A stretch of DNA of 63,995 nt, filler included, from Octopus bimaculoides (Eukaryota): the NCBI RefSeq assembly GCF_001194135.2. It is 5 parts of 4 records of this genome, joined end to end, with 100 filler letters (N's around TTAATTAATTAA, not from the genome) between each part and the next. Parts side by side here need not be neighbours in the genome. Positions count along the whole stretch, not along the records: positions 17,612 to 43,323 come from NC_068998.1; positions 43,424 to 55,347 come from NC_069004.1; 3 more parts are not named here. One strand, given 5' to 3'. Positions 38,792-50,600 of the stretch are shown piece after piece. Position 1 is the stretch's first letter, and each line of letters opens with the position of its first letter. Below the pieces are notes generated by a model. The model searched no databases. It saw nothing but the letters and a program-made list of their open reading frames with translations, and was not told where the DNA came from. The translations under genes and the position numbers were made by a program.

Positions 38792-39129
38792 CTCACTCAT
38801 GAGTTTCTTGCCAAAAACAACATGGTATAACTTCTGCACTATTTACCAGATTTGGCACTTGCAGACTTCCATCTCTTCCCCATGATAAAAATGCAGCTCA
38901 AAGGTCACCATTTTAACACTGTTGTTGAGATCAAGAGTGAATCACAGAAGGTCCTCATCTCACTTATGGCAAACAACTTCCAGGATGAATTCCAAAAGCA
39001 GTAGGACTGCAGGGACCAGTGTATTGCTGCGCAAGGTGACTATTTCAAAAGAGATGATGTTAAAACTCAGGTAAATAATTCTATTGTATTAAAAATAACT
39101 AGTCCAGGAACTTTTTGATAACCACCTCA
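38792..39129 (+). mobile_element. Mariner (DD34D) transposase 3' fragment, same family as 21465-22029
   Basis: LTHEFLAKNNMV*...PDLALADFHLFPMIKMQLKGHHFNTVVEIKSESQKVL...AAQGDYFK. Ends gtccaggaactttttgataccacctca + TA. Confidence 0.92.
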
Positions 39130-40231
39130 TATTCAAAGAAATTTAAATTCTACAAGTCAAACTAATTTAGATCAAAACATGCCAAGAATTTCACAGAGTT
39201 AAACATTTTCTTTTAATGTAAGAATATTAGCTTTGTCAAAGAAATATTATTGTTTTCTGTGTTGCTAGATACAGTATCATGACAAGTTATTTTGATAACC
39301 CATGATGATTAAGACAACTTAAGTATAAACATATTGCCAATAATTATCCAGATTTTGCCAACAGAGATAAGGCTTTTAACTCAGCCTGAATTGCTGATTT
39401 GATTTCACTGCCAACATCCAATTTTCTATGCAGCACAGTTCTAGGTTATAAAATCTGATACGATATTCTTATATTTATATATCGCTTCTTTATATTATAA
39501 AGAAGGAAGTGACATGTTTGGCTATTGGCTCCAGAATCAGGATTAATAGACAGAAATTGATATCACTGTAATAGCTGGACAGATAATGTTAAACTTATGC
39601 TACAATAGTAATATTAAATGACTTACCAGCTTTAAACATTATAATCCCTCTTAAATCTCATCACACTGTTTTCTGTCATTGTTAGTTAGAATGCTAGAGA
39701 ATAGGAAACTACATTTCAAACGTATTTGCTAAGCCATGTCCAGTATATTTACTGAGCGGCTTCAATTTAGAAGCGTAACTGATTGAATTGAAACACTGCA
39801 TGGGAAAGTAGTCAAAATAATAATAAGAAACTAAATAAATGCCACTGTAAAATCTTGGTGAGAATATAAAGTAAGACATTCTAAATTCAGCAGATGGAAG
39901 TTGGTAAATATACGTATACTGTTGCTTGAGAAGTCTGCTGAAAGAGAGTTTCCTGGTTAAACTATTCAGGAAATAAGAAAGACAAGACAAACAGTTGGAA
40001 GAAATTTACCATGAAATAATAATGATGGTTTATCTCAGAATTCTTCAAAATAGATACCATGCTTTGAAACATCAAAATCATTGCACTGAGTAAATTGGTT
40101 TTATTGGAAGGTCATGAAATATAATAACATGAGATTCTCAATACATAAGCATGTGGTTATTCATAAAGGCAGTTACACAAGTAAATACAGTAAATATATA
40201 TGTGTGTATGTGTACACATACATATAAAAAC

Positions 40232-40269
<38 letters not shown>

Positions 40270-42928
40270 GTTTCGTGTNNNNNNNNNNAAATATTAATAA
40301 CTCTATATATATATATACACACACAAACATACACACACAGACATGTATGCATACAGATGCATACATAAACACATATGTATATATGCATGCATACACAGAC
40401 ATACATATGCATGGGAGGGGGTGGCTTTTGAGTTTATTTATGTGTATTTATGTTTCAGAACAATAAATGAATGAGGTAAACAAGACAGAGGACATTTTAG
40501 ACATAATAACCATGAAATCCTATAGACAATGCAAAAATTTATGCTTTAAAACTTATTGTATTTTTAGATAATACCAAGTGAAAATAAATTATCATCAAGA
40601 CAAAACATACCACAAAACAAAGTTTTCGTTAACATTTGATATATTCAAAAGAAGGATGTCCAAATTCTATAAATATTGCATCATTTCAAAAGTTGTGTGT
40701 AGGTGGAAGATATTCTTTTTAAAAATATAAATATTAGAAGGACTGATTTTGTTTCAAATCTAAAGATTAGAGCTTTATTCACTGCATTTTAACTAACCAA
40801 CAAAAAAATGAAGGTATTTGGTTAACTTGGCATAAATTCGTTAATAAGTTAATAAGAATCTCTTTCTACATCACATCATAAAACAAGAGAACTGACTGAG
40901 AAATAAGTACAAAAGCAATTGGAGAAAAGAAAACACAAATGCAAATTACACATACAAAACAGTGTTGTTTTTGCTTGAGGCATTGCAATATGTATGTGTA
41001 TACGAAATAAATGTTTGAAAAACCTGTGAGCAATATGGATGAGCAATTAATCAAAATATGTACTTATGTTAATACAAAGAGAAAATATATTATCTTATGT
41101 AGGTTATTTCATGATCCTATAATATTTCGGGAAAAATTCTCCTTTTCAAATAGAGAAAATAATCAAAGAGCCCGGAGAAGTGCGCTATTATGATTAAGTC
41201 AATCTAATGTGTTTTGACCAAGGCATTGTTTGAACTATAACTATGTAAATATATTAATGGCTGAGTTTCAGGGGCACATACACTGTCAAATGGAATGCTT
41301 ATTCATTCTCATGATTTCGAATTAATCATGAATTGTCTTGTAGCTTTGAGATTTCAATGATGTGATTGTATATTTTTAGAATGTCTTGTCTTTTCAGGTG
41401 CCAGTGCCACTTAAAAAGCACCTGTGTCAATGCTGTGTTAAACGATGATGATGATGATGATGCTGATGACATTGTTGGGGAGGTAGAGGCTAGATGTGGC
41501 TGGCTTGGACATAAAACAACTATTTGAGCAGGGTAAGGCTGGGTTAAATAATAAAGATAATAAAGGGCTAAACCATGGAGCCCATATGCTGGATCCCTCA
41601 TGTCACTCAACTGTGTCTCATTTCTTTAATTGCAAACTTAACAGTATGGCTAATTCTTATTTCCTAGAAATACATTTCTATAAAATCTTCCTGCCAGCAT
41701 ACCTGTTTCCTTACTTATTTATACCACTCTCATAAAAAGGCCCTGGCCCTTGCCCAGAGAAAAAAAAACCCCACTTGTAGATAAATTATGTTACTGAAGA
41801 CAAACCTCAAGGTTCTTACAGAAACCTACAGTTCATTTCCTGGGGACATAGCATCTACAACTAAAAGGAGGATGATCAATATTTAATGATGAAATATAAT
41901 GAAATATTAAATACTCTCTAACAAAAGTTTCCTTTTCCATTGATAGAAGCAATGAAATATCTGTCCGTTAATCTAAATAGATATTTCAGTTAATGCTGAA
42001 AGTTCCAATTCTCTGAAGATTACATGAAAAATATTTCAAAAGTACAGAATAAGATGTGAAGATTTTTATGAGTAGGGAGGTTTAAAAGGAAGACAAATAT
42101 CTTTCACTTTGGAACAACTGAAATCTTCATACGCCATAATTATTTCAGCGATTACCTCCATCCCACTTTGGGGTAGTTTTTGCATGTTTGCACGGATTAG
42201 ATGACTGTTTGACAACCATTCATTTTACATCAAATGTTCATTACTATAGCCACAGAGTCAATAACAAAGCACCAGTTATTGGACCAAAAACATTTTAAAG
42301 GCTCAAAGAAAACCAGTAAAATAGCATTTGATCTTTATTCTTTTTATACTTGTTAATTTTCAGAATAAAACACACACACACACACACACACGCACACACA
42401 CAACCATAGAATACTTTTATCTCCATGTCATGCAAGTTAACATTTAACAGTGTTTACACAGCTTTGGAAGTTTGGGGAAAAAAAGTAATCCTTTTAGCAA
42501 TGACTTTATACGTGGATGTGGAAAGAAAAGAAATATAAACAATATTTGAATTGGGACAAGAATAAAATAAAGGACTTTTCATGCTAAACATTTCTCATTT
42601 TATATTCGGTATGAGAATAGATTAGCTGGATCCAATGCTTCAGCTCATGTTCAAAAGCAATGATTTGTAACTGTATTCAAATTTGACATATAAAATAATT
42701 AAAAGGTGAAACTTTCAGAACAAAATTTCCTCATAGGTTTGAAAGACTTATAAGAGTTTTTTTAATTTTCCTCTATGGAATGCACGCATCTGAAAGCATA
42801 CAAGTATATGTATATATGAAACAGAGTCAAATAACAAATGCTTCGCTATTTTTATAACCAAAATTATCCATCAATGGGTGACTGGCTCAACTGTTATCAG
42901 TAAACAGTATTACAGGCTTGGTAATGTA

Positions 42929-42970
42929 CAAGGTGGTATCAAAAGGTTCCTGGACAAGTTATTTTTAATA
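42929..42970 (-). mobile_element. Isolated terminus of the same mariner family
   Basis: TA + caaggtggtatcaaaaggttcctggacaagttatttttaata is the reverse complement of 39088-39129. Confidence 0.8.
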
Positions 42971-42974
42971 AAAA

Positions 42975-43010
42975 ACTAGCAGTATAACCCGACCTTGTCC
43001 GGGTGTGACT
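42975..43010 (+). mobile_element. Possible non-autonomous Helitron/Helentron terminus
   Basis: actagc...acccgaccttgtccgggt resembles the ACTAGC plus short GC hairpin termini of non-autonomous rolling-circle elements (recalled pattern, not aligned). Confidence 0.4.
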
Positions 43011-43323
43011 TATTACGCCATCTACGATAAGTCTTGCTAGGTGAAAATCAACTAAAAAAGAAAGCCTTACAACGAAAAAACCCTTATGATGTAAATATGT
43101 TCATAATTCAAAAGACGATGAAATTAATAGGGAAAGTCTGAAGGCTGTTTTGCGTAACATTATTAAGCGTACGTAAATTTCATCCGTCTAATTGGCTATA
43201 GAAATGTTTGTGCAAAACAACTTTTTGCGTTGCCCTGATTATACATAGCAGGGTAATCCCTTTTCGCAGGAGCTAGGACGGCAATTTGTGATGAAGCAAT
43301 TGCTGGTGATCTGTTGCTGCACA

Positions 43324-43423
43324 NNNNNNNNNNNNNNNNNNNNNNNNNNNNNNNNNNNNNNNNNNNNTTAATTAATTAANNNNNNNNNNNNNNNNNNNNN
43401 NNNNNNNNNNNNNNNNNNNNNNN
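43324..43423. other. Artificial scaffold spacer (44 N + TTAATTAATTAA + 44 N)
   Basis: Linker at 43368-43379. Confidence 0.95.
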
Positions 43424-43455
<32 letters not shown>

Positions 43456-44032
43456 ATATATAAATATATATGTGTGTATATATATATAAATATATATGTG
43501 TGTATATATATATAAATATATATGTGTGTATATATATATAAATATATGTGTGTATATATATATAAATATATGTGTGTATATATATATATAAATATATATA
43601 TGTGTGTATATATGTATATATATTATATAAATATGTATATATATGTATGCGTTTATATATATGTATATGTATATATACACACACATACAAACGCTTATAT
43701 ATTTATGCATGTACGTATGTATAATGATGCAGTTAGGCCTAATTTGTTTTCGCTTCCCTCTACTTAGCAATACGGTTCGTTATATTATTTTAAACTTCTT
43801 GTCAACACCGCATTATCAATTTCCGCTCTCTCGGTCGACCACGTTAAATCTGGGTGTGTATGTGTGTACACAAATAAAAACTCCCAGTAATATTAACATA
43901 TATTTTTTCAAGCTGTTTCAAATATTTCCCTATTATCTCAATTTATTTCATATTTCCTTATAATATTAACCAGTTTGCTTTTCTGATTTGCTACCATTCA
44001 TATTTAGAGTAAAACAATGATACGTACATGCA

Positions 44033-44077
<45 letters not shown>

Positions 44078-44078
44078 A

Positions 44079-44531
44079 GACTCGTGGTAAAGGTGTGTGT
44101 AGATGAACAGTGAATGATCTTGTCCTGCGGTTCAAGGGTTCGAGTCAGATCCGGGTGTAGGTAAGATTCTTGATTATTTATTTCTTTCATCAAAGACGTT
44201 TTAAAAAAGAAACTCCTTGACAATAGTTATATGTAGATAGGGATCGAAACCTCTACCTTCATAGAAGCTTAGTAATTAAATTACCAGCCCTCTTACCATC
44301 AAACCAACAATTGAAAAGTAGTTTAAAAATGAGATATTTAGATCTATTTATTTTTGATCAGACACTTTTATCGATTTAAGTAGCTCATGTTTGAGTGAAA
44401 GTGATAGACTCGCGGTAAAGGCGTTTGTAGATGAACAGTGTGAGATCGTGAACGATTTTGTCCTACGGTTCCAGGGTTCGAGATAGATCGGTGTGTAGGT
44501 AAGATTTTTTAATTTTTTTCTTCATCAAAGA
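44079..44531 (+). repeat. Two diverged copies (44079-44196, 44407-44531) of a ~120-bp unit with tRNA-like A/B-box motifs
   Basis: gactcg(t/c)ggtaaagg...gtagatgaacagtg...gggttcgag...gtgtaggtaagatt...ttcatcaaaga in both copies. Confidence 0.8.
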
Positions 44532-44631
44532 NNNNNNNNNNNNNNNNNNNNNNNNNNNNNNNNNNNNNNNNNNNNNNNNNNNNNNNNNNNNNNNNNNNNN
44601 NNNNNNNNNNNNNNNNNNNNNNNNNNNNNNN

Positions 44632-47600
44632 TTCTTTTGTTATTTCCTGCCTACGTAATACGTTCGTTCGTTCGTTCTTTCATACGTACGTTCATTCCTT
44701 CGTTCTTACGTTTTGACGTACGTACGTTGGTATTTGCGTTCTTTCGTTATTTCCTGCCTACGTAATACGTTCGTTCTTTCATTCTTTCCTGCCTACGTAA
44801 TACGTTTGTTCGTTCCTTCTTTCCTTCGTACGTTCGTTCCTTCGTACGTACGTTCGTTCGTACGTACGTTCGTACGTACGTTCGTTCGTTTTTACGTACG
44901 TTCTTTCGTTATTTCCTGCCTATGTAATACGTTCGTTCGTTCTTTCCTTCATACGTTCGTTCTTTCGCACGTACTTTCGTTTTTACGTACGTACGTTCGT
45001 TCTTACTTACGTTCTTTCTTCATTTCCTGCCAACGTAATACGCTCTTTCGTTCGGTGTTTCCTACTTCCGTTTGTTCATTCGTACGTACGTTCGTTCCTT
45101 CGTACGTACGTTTGTTTTTACGTACGTAGTTCGTACTTACGTCCTTTCGATATTTCCTGCCTACTTAATTTGTTCGTTCGTTCTTTCTTTCGTACGTTCG
45201 TTCCTTCGTACGTACGTTCGTTCTTTCTTACTTACGTTCTTTCGTTATTTCCTGCCTACGTAATACGTTCGTTCGTTCTTTCCTTCGTACGTTCGTTCCT
45301 TCTTACGTACGTTCTTTCGTACCTACGTTCGTTCGTTTTTACGTACGTTCTTTCGTTATTTCCTGCCTATGTAATACGTTCGAACGTTCGTTCTTTTCTT
45401 CGTACGTTTTTACGTACGTACGTTCGTTCTTACGTTCTTTCGTTATTTCCTGCCTACGTAATATTTCGTTCATTCGTTGTTTCCTTCGTACGTACGTTCG
45501 TTCGTGTTTACGTACGTTCTTTCGTTATTTCCTGCCTACGTAATACGTTCGTTCGTTCGTTCTTTCCTTCGTACGTTCGTTCCTTCTTACGTACGTTCGT
45601 TCGTTCGTTTTTACGTACGTTCCTTCGTTATTTCCTGCCTACGTACTACAATCGATCGTCCGTTCTTTCCTTCGTATGTACGTTCGTTTTTACGTACGTT
45701 CGTTCTTAAGTTTTTCGTTATTTCCTGCCTACGTAATACATTCGTTCGTTCGTTCTTTCCTTCGTACGTTCGTTCCTTCTTACGTACGTACCTTCGTTCG
45801 TTTTTACGTACGTTCTTTTCTGCCTACGTAATACGTTCGTTCGTTCTGCCTACGTAATACGTTCTGCCTACGTAATACGTTCGTTCGTTCTTTCCTTCCT
45901 ACGTTCGTTCATTCGTACGTACGTTCGTTCTTTCGTTATTTCCTGCCTACGTAATATGCACGTTCGTTTGTTCTTTCCTTCGTACGTACGTTCGTTCGTT
46001 TTTACATACGTTCTTTCGTCATTTCCTGCCTACGTAATACGTTCGTTCGTTCGTTCTTTCATCCGTACGTTCATTCCTTCGTTCTTACGTTTTGACGTAC
46101 GTACGTTGGTATTTGCGTTCTTTCGTTATTTCCTGCCTACGTAATACGTTCGTTCGTTCGTTGTCTCCTTCGTCCGTTCGTTCCCTCGTACGTACGTTCG
46201 TTCGTTTTTACGTACGTACGTTCGTTCGTTTTTACGTACGTACGTTCTTACTTACGTTCTTTCGTCATTTCCTGCCTACGTAATACGTTGGTTCGTTCAT
46301 TCTTTCCTGCCTACGTAATCCGTTTGTTCGTTCCTTCTTTCCTTCGTACGTTCGTTCCTTCGTACGTACGTTCGTTCGTACGTACGTTCGTACGTACGTT
46401 CGTTCGTACGTACGTTCGTTCGTACGTTCGTTCGTTTTTACGTACGTTCTTTCGTTATTTCCTGCCTATGTAATACGTTCGTTCGTTCTTTCCTTCGTAC
46501 GTTCGTTCCTTCGCACGTACGTTCATTCCTTTATACGTACGTTAGTTTTAACGTACGTACGTTCGTTCTTACTTACGTTCTATCTTCATTTCCTGCCTAC
46601 GTAAAACTCTCTTTCGTTCGTTCTTTCCTACGTCCGTTTGTTCATTCGTACGTACGTTCGTTCCTTCGTACGTACGTTCGTTCCTTCGTACGTACGTTTG
46701 TTTTTACGTACGTAGTTCGTACTTACGTCCTTTCGTTATTTCCTGCCTACGTAAAATGTTCGTTTGTTCTTTCTTTCGTAGTTCGTTCCTTCGTACGTAC
46801 GTTTGTTCGTACATACGTACGTTCGTTTTTACGTACGTACGTCGTTCGTTCTTACTGACGTTCTTTCGTTATTTCCTGCCTACGAAATACGTTCGTTCGT
46901 TCTTTCCTTTGTACGTTCGTTCCTTCTTACGTACGTTCGTTCGTTTTTACGTACGTTCTTTCGTTATTTCNNNNNNNNNNCCTGCCTACGTAATACGTTT
47001 GTTCGTTCGTTCTTTCCTTCGTACGTACGTTCGTTCGTTTTTACGTACGTTCTTTCGTTATTTCCTGCCTACGTAATACGTTTGTTCGTTCGTTCTTTCC
47101 TTCGTACGTACAATCGTTCGTTTTTACGTACGTTCTTTCGTTATTTTCTGCCTACGTGATACGTTTGTTCGTTCGTTCTTTCCTTCCTACGTTCGATCGT
47201 TCGTTTTTACGTACGTTCTTTCGTTATTTCCTGCCTACATAATACGTTCATTCGTTCTTTCTTTCGTACGTACGTTCGTTCGTTATTTCCTGCCTACGTA
47301 ATACGTTTGTTCGTTCGTTCTTTCCTTCGTACGTTCCTTCCTACTTCCGTACGTTTGTTCCTTCTTCTGTACGTTCATTCGTACCTACGTTCGTTTTTAC
47401 GTACGTTCTTTCGATATTTCCTGCCTTTGTAATACGTTCGATCGTTCGTTCTTTCCTTCGTACGTTCGTTCTTTCGTTATTTCCTGCCGACGTAATATGC
47501 ACGTTCCTTCGTTCTTTCCTTCGTACGTACGTTCGTTCGTTTTTACATACGTTCTTTCGTTATTTCCTGCCTACATAATACGTTCGTTCGTTCTTTCATT

Positions 47601-50600
47601 CGTACGTTCATTCCTTTGTTCTTACGTTTTGACGTACGTACGTTGGTATCTGCGTTCTCTCTTTATTTCCTGCCTACGTAATACGTTCGCTCGTTCGTTG
47701 TTTCCTTCGTCCGTTCGTTCCCTCGTACGTACGTTCGTTCGTTGTTACGTACGTACGTTCGTTCGTACGTACGTTCTTACTTACGTTCTTTCGTTATTTC
47801 CTGCCAAAGTAATACGTTCGTTCGTTTATTCTTTCCTGCCTACGTAATACGTTTGTTCGTTCCTTCTTTCCTTCGTACGTTCGTTTCTTCGTACGTTCGT
47901 TCGTTCGTACGTACGTTCGTTCGTTTTTACGTACGTTCTTTCGTTTTTTCCTGCCTACGTAATACTTTCGTTCGACCTTTCCTTCGTACGTTCGTACCTT
48001 TGTTTTTACGTACGTACGTTCGTTCTTTCTTCATTTCCTGTCTGCGTAATACGCTCTTTCGTTCGTTCTTTCCTACGTCCGTTTGTTCATTCGTACGTCC
48101 GTTCGTTCCTTCGTACGTACGTTTGTTTTTACGTACGTAGTTCGTACTTACGTCCTTTCGCTATTTCCTGCCTACGTAATATGTTCGTTCGTTCTATCTT
48201 TCGTACGTTCGTTCCTTCGTACGTACGTTCTTTTCGTACATACGTTCGTTCGTACGTACGTTCGTTCGTTTTTACGTACGTACGTTCGTTCTTACTTACG
48301 TTCTTTCGTTATTTCCTGCCTACGTAATACGTTCGTTCGTTCGTTCGTTCTTTCATTCGTACTTTCGTTCCTTCTTACGTACGTTCGTTCGTACCTACGT
48401 TCGTTCCTTTTTACGTATGTTCTTTCCTTATTTCCTGCCTATGTAATACGTTCGATCGTTCGTNNNNNNNNNNNNNNNNNNNNNNNNNNNNNNNNNNNNN
48501 NNNNNNNNNNNNNNNNNNNNNNNNNNNNNNNNNNNNNNNNNNNNNNNNNNNNNNNNNNNNNNNNNNNNNNNNNNNNNNNNNNNNNNNNNNNNNNNNNNNN
48601 NNNNNNNNNNNNNNNNNNNNNNNNNNNNNNNNNNNNNNNNNNNNNNNNNNNNNNNNNNNNNNNNNNNNNNNNNNNNNNNNNNNNNNNNNNNNNNNNNNNN
48701 NNNNNNNNNNNNNNNNNNNNNNNNNCGTTCTTTCATTCGTACGTTCATTCCTTCGTTCGTAAGTTTTGACGTACGTACGTTGGTATTTGCGTTCTTTCGC
48801 TATTTCCTGCCTACGTAATACGTTCGTTCATTCGTTGTTTCCTTCGTCCGTTCGTTCCCCCGTACGTACGTTCGTTCGTTTTTACGTACGTACGTTCGTA
48901 CGTAAGTTATTACTTACGTACTTTCGTTATTTCCTGCCTACGTAATACGTTCGTTCGTTTATTCTTTCCTGCCTACGTAATACGTTTGTTCGTTCCTTCT
49001 TTCCTTCGTACGTTCGTTTCTTCGTACGTACGTTCGTTCGTACGTACGTCCGTTCTTATTTACGTTCTTTCGTTATTTCCTGCCTACGTAATACGTTCGT
49101 TCGTTCGTTATTTCCTTCGTACGTTCGTTCCTTCTTACGTACGTTCGTTCGTACCTACGTTCGTTCCATTTTACGTATGTTCTTTCGTTATTTCCTGCCT
49201 ATGTAATACGTTCGATCGTTCGTTCTTTCCTTCGTACGTACGTTCCTTTTTACTTACGTACGTTCGTTCTTACGTTCTTTCGTTATTTCCTGACTACGTA
49301 ATACGTTCGTTCGTTCATTCTTTCCTTCGTACGTTCGTTCCTTCTTACGTACGTTCTTTCGTACCTACGTTCGTTCGTTCGTTCATTCCTTCCAACGTTC
49401 GTTCCTTCGTACTTTCGTTTGTTCGTACGTACGTTCGTTCTTTCGTTATTTCTTGCCTACGTAATACGTTCGTTCGTTCGTTCTTTCATTCGTTGTTTCC
49501 TTCGTCCGTTCGTTCCCCCGTACGTACGTTCGTTCGTTTTTACGTACGTACGTTCGTTCGTACGTAAGTTATTACTTACGTTCTTTCGTTATTTCCTGCC
49601 TACGTAATACGTTCGTTCGTTCCTTCTTTCCTTCGTACGTTCGTTCCTTCATACGTACGTTTGTTTTTACGTACGTAGGTCGTAATTACGTCCTTTCCTT
49701 ATTTCCTGCCTTCGTAATATGTTCGTTCGTTCTATCTTTCGTACGTTCGTTCCTTCGTACGTAGTTCGTTCTTACGTACGTTCGTTCTTACTTACGTTCT
49801 TTCGTTATTTCCTGCCTACGTAATACGTTCGTTCCTTCTTACGTACGTTCGTTCGTACCTACGTTCGTTCGTTTTTACGTACGTTCTTTCGTTATTTCTT
49901 GCCTACGTAATACGTTCGATCGNNNNNNNNNNTCGTTATTTCCTGCCTACGTAATACGTTCGTTCCTTCTTACGTACGTTCGTTCGTTTTTACGTACGTT
50001 CTTTCGTTATTTCTTGCCTACGTAATACGTTCGATCGTTCGGTCTTTCCTTCGTACGTACGTACGTTCATTCGTACTTTCATTTGTTTTCACGTACGTAC
50101 GTTCGTTCTTTCTTTATTTCCTGCCTACGTAATACGTTCGTTCGTTCTTTCCTTCGTGCGTTCGTTCCTTCGTACGTACGTTCGTTCTTACTTACGTTAT
50201 TTCGTTATTTCCTGCCTACGTAATACGTTCGTTCGTTCCTTTGTACGTTCGTTCCTTCTTCCGTACGTTCGTTCGTTGTTACGTACGTTCTTTCGTTATT
50301 TTCTGCCTACGTGATACGTTTATTCGTTCGTTCTTTCCTTCCTACGTTCGTTCGTTCGTTTTTACGTACGTTCTTTCGTTATTTCCTGCCTACGTAATAC
50401 GTTTGTTCGTTCATTCTTTCCTTCGTTCGTTTTTACGTACGTTCTTTCGTTATTTTCTGCCTACGTGATACGTTTGTTCGTTCGTTGTTTCCTTTCTACG
50501 TTCGTTCGTTTTTACGTACGTTCTTTCGTTATTTCCTGCCTACGTAATACGTTTGTTCGTCCTTTCCTTCGTACGTACGTTCGTTCGTTTTTACGTACGT

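Noticed and set aside
39088-42970. Two mariner termini bracketing 3.8 kb as a composite transposon
   Set aside because: The termini face outward (right end first, then a left-type end), so they do not enclose the intervening DNA.
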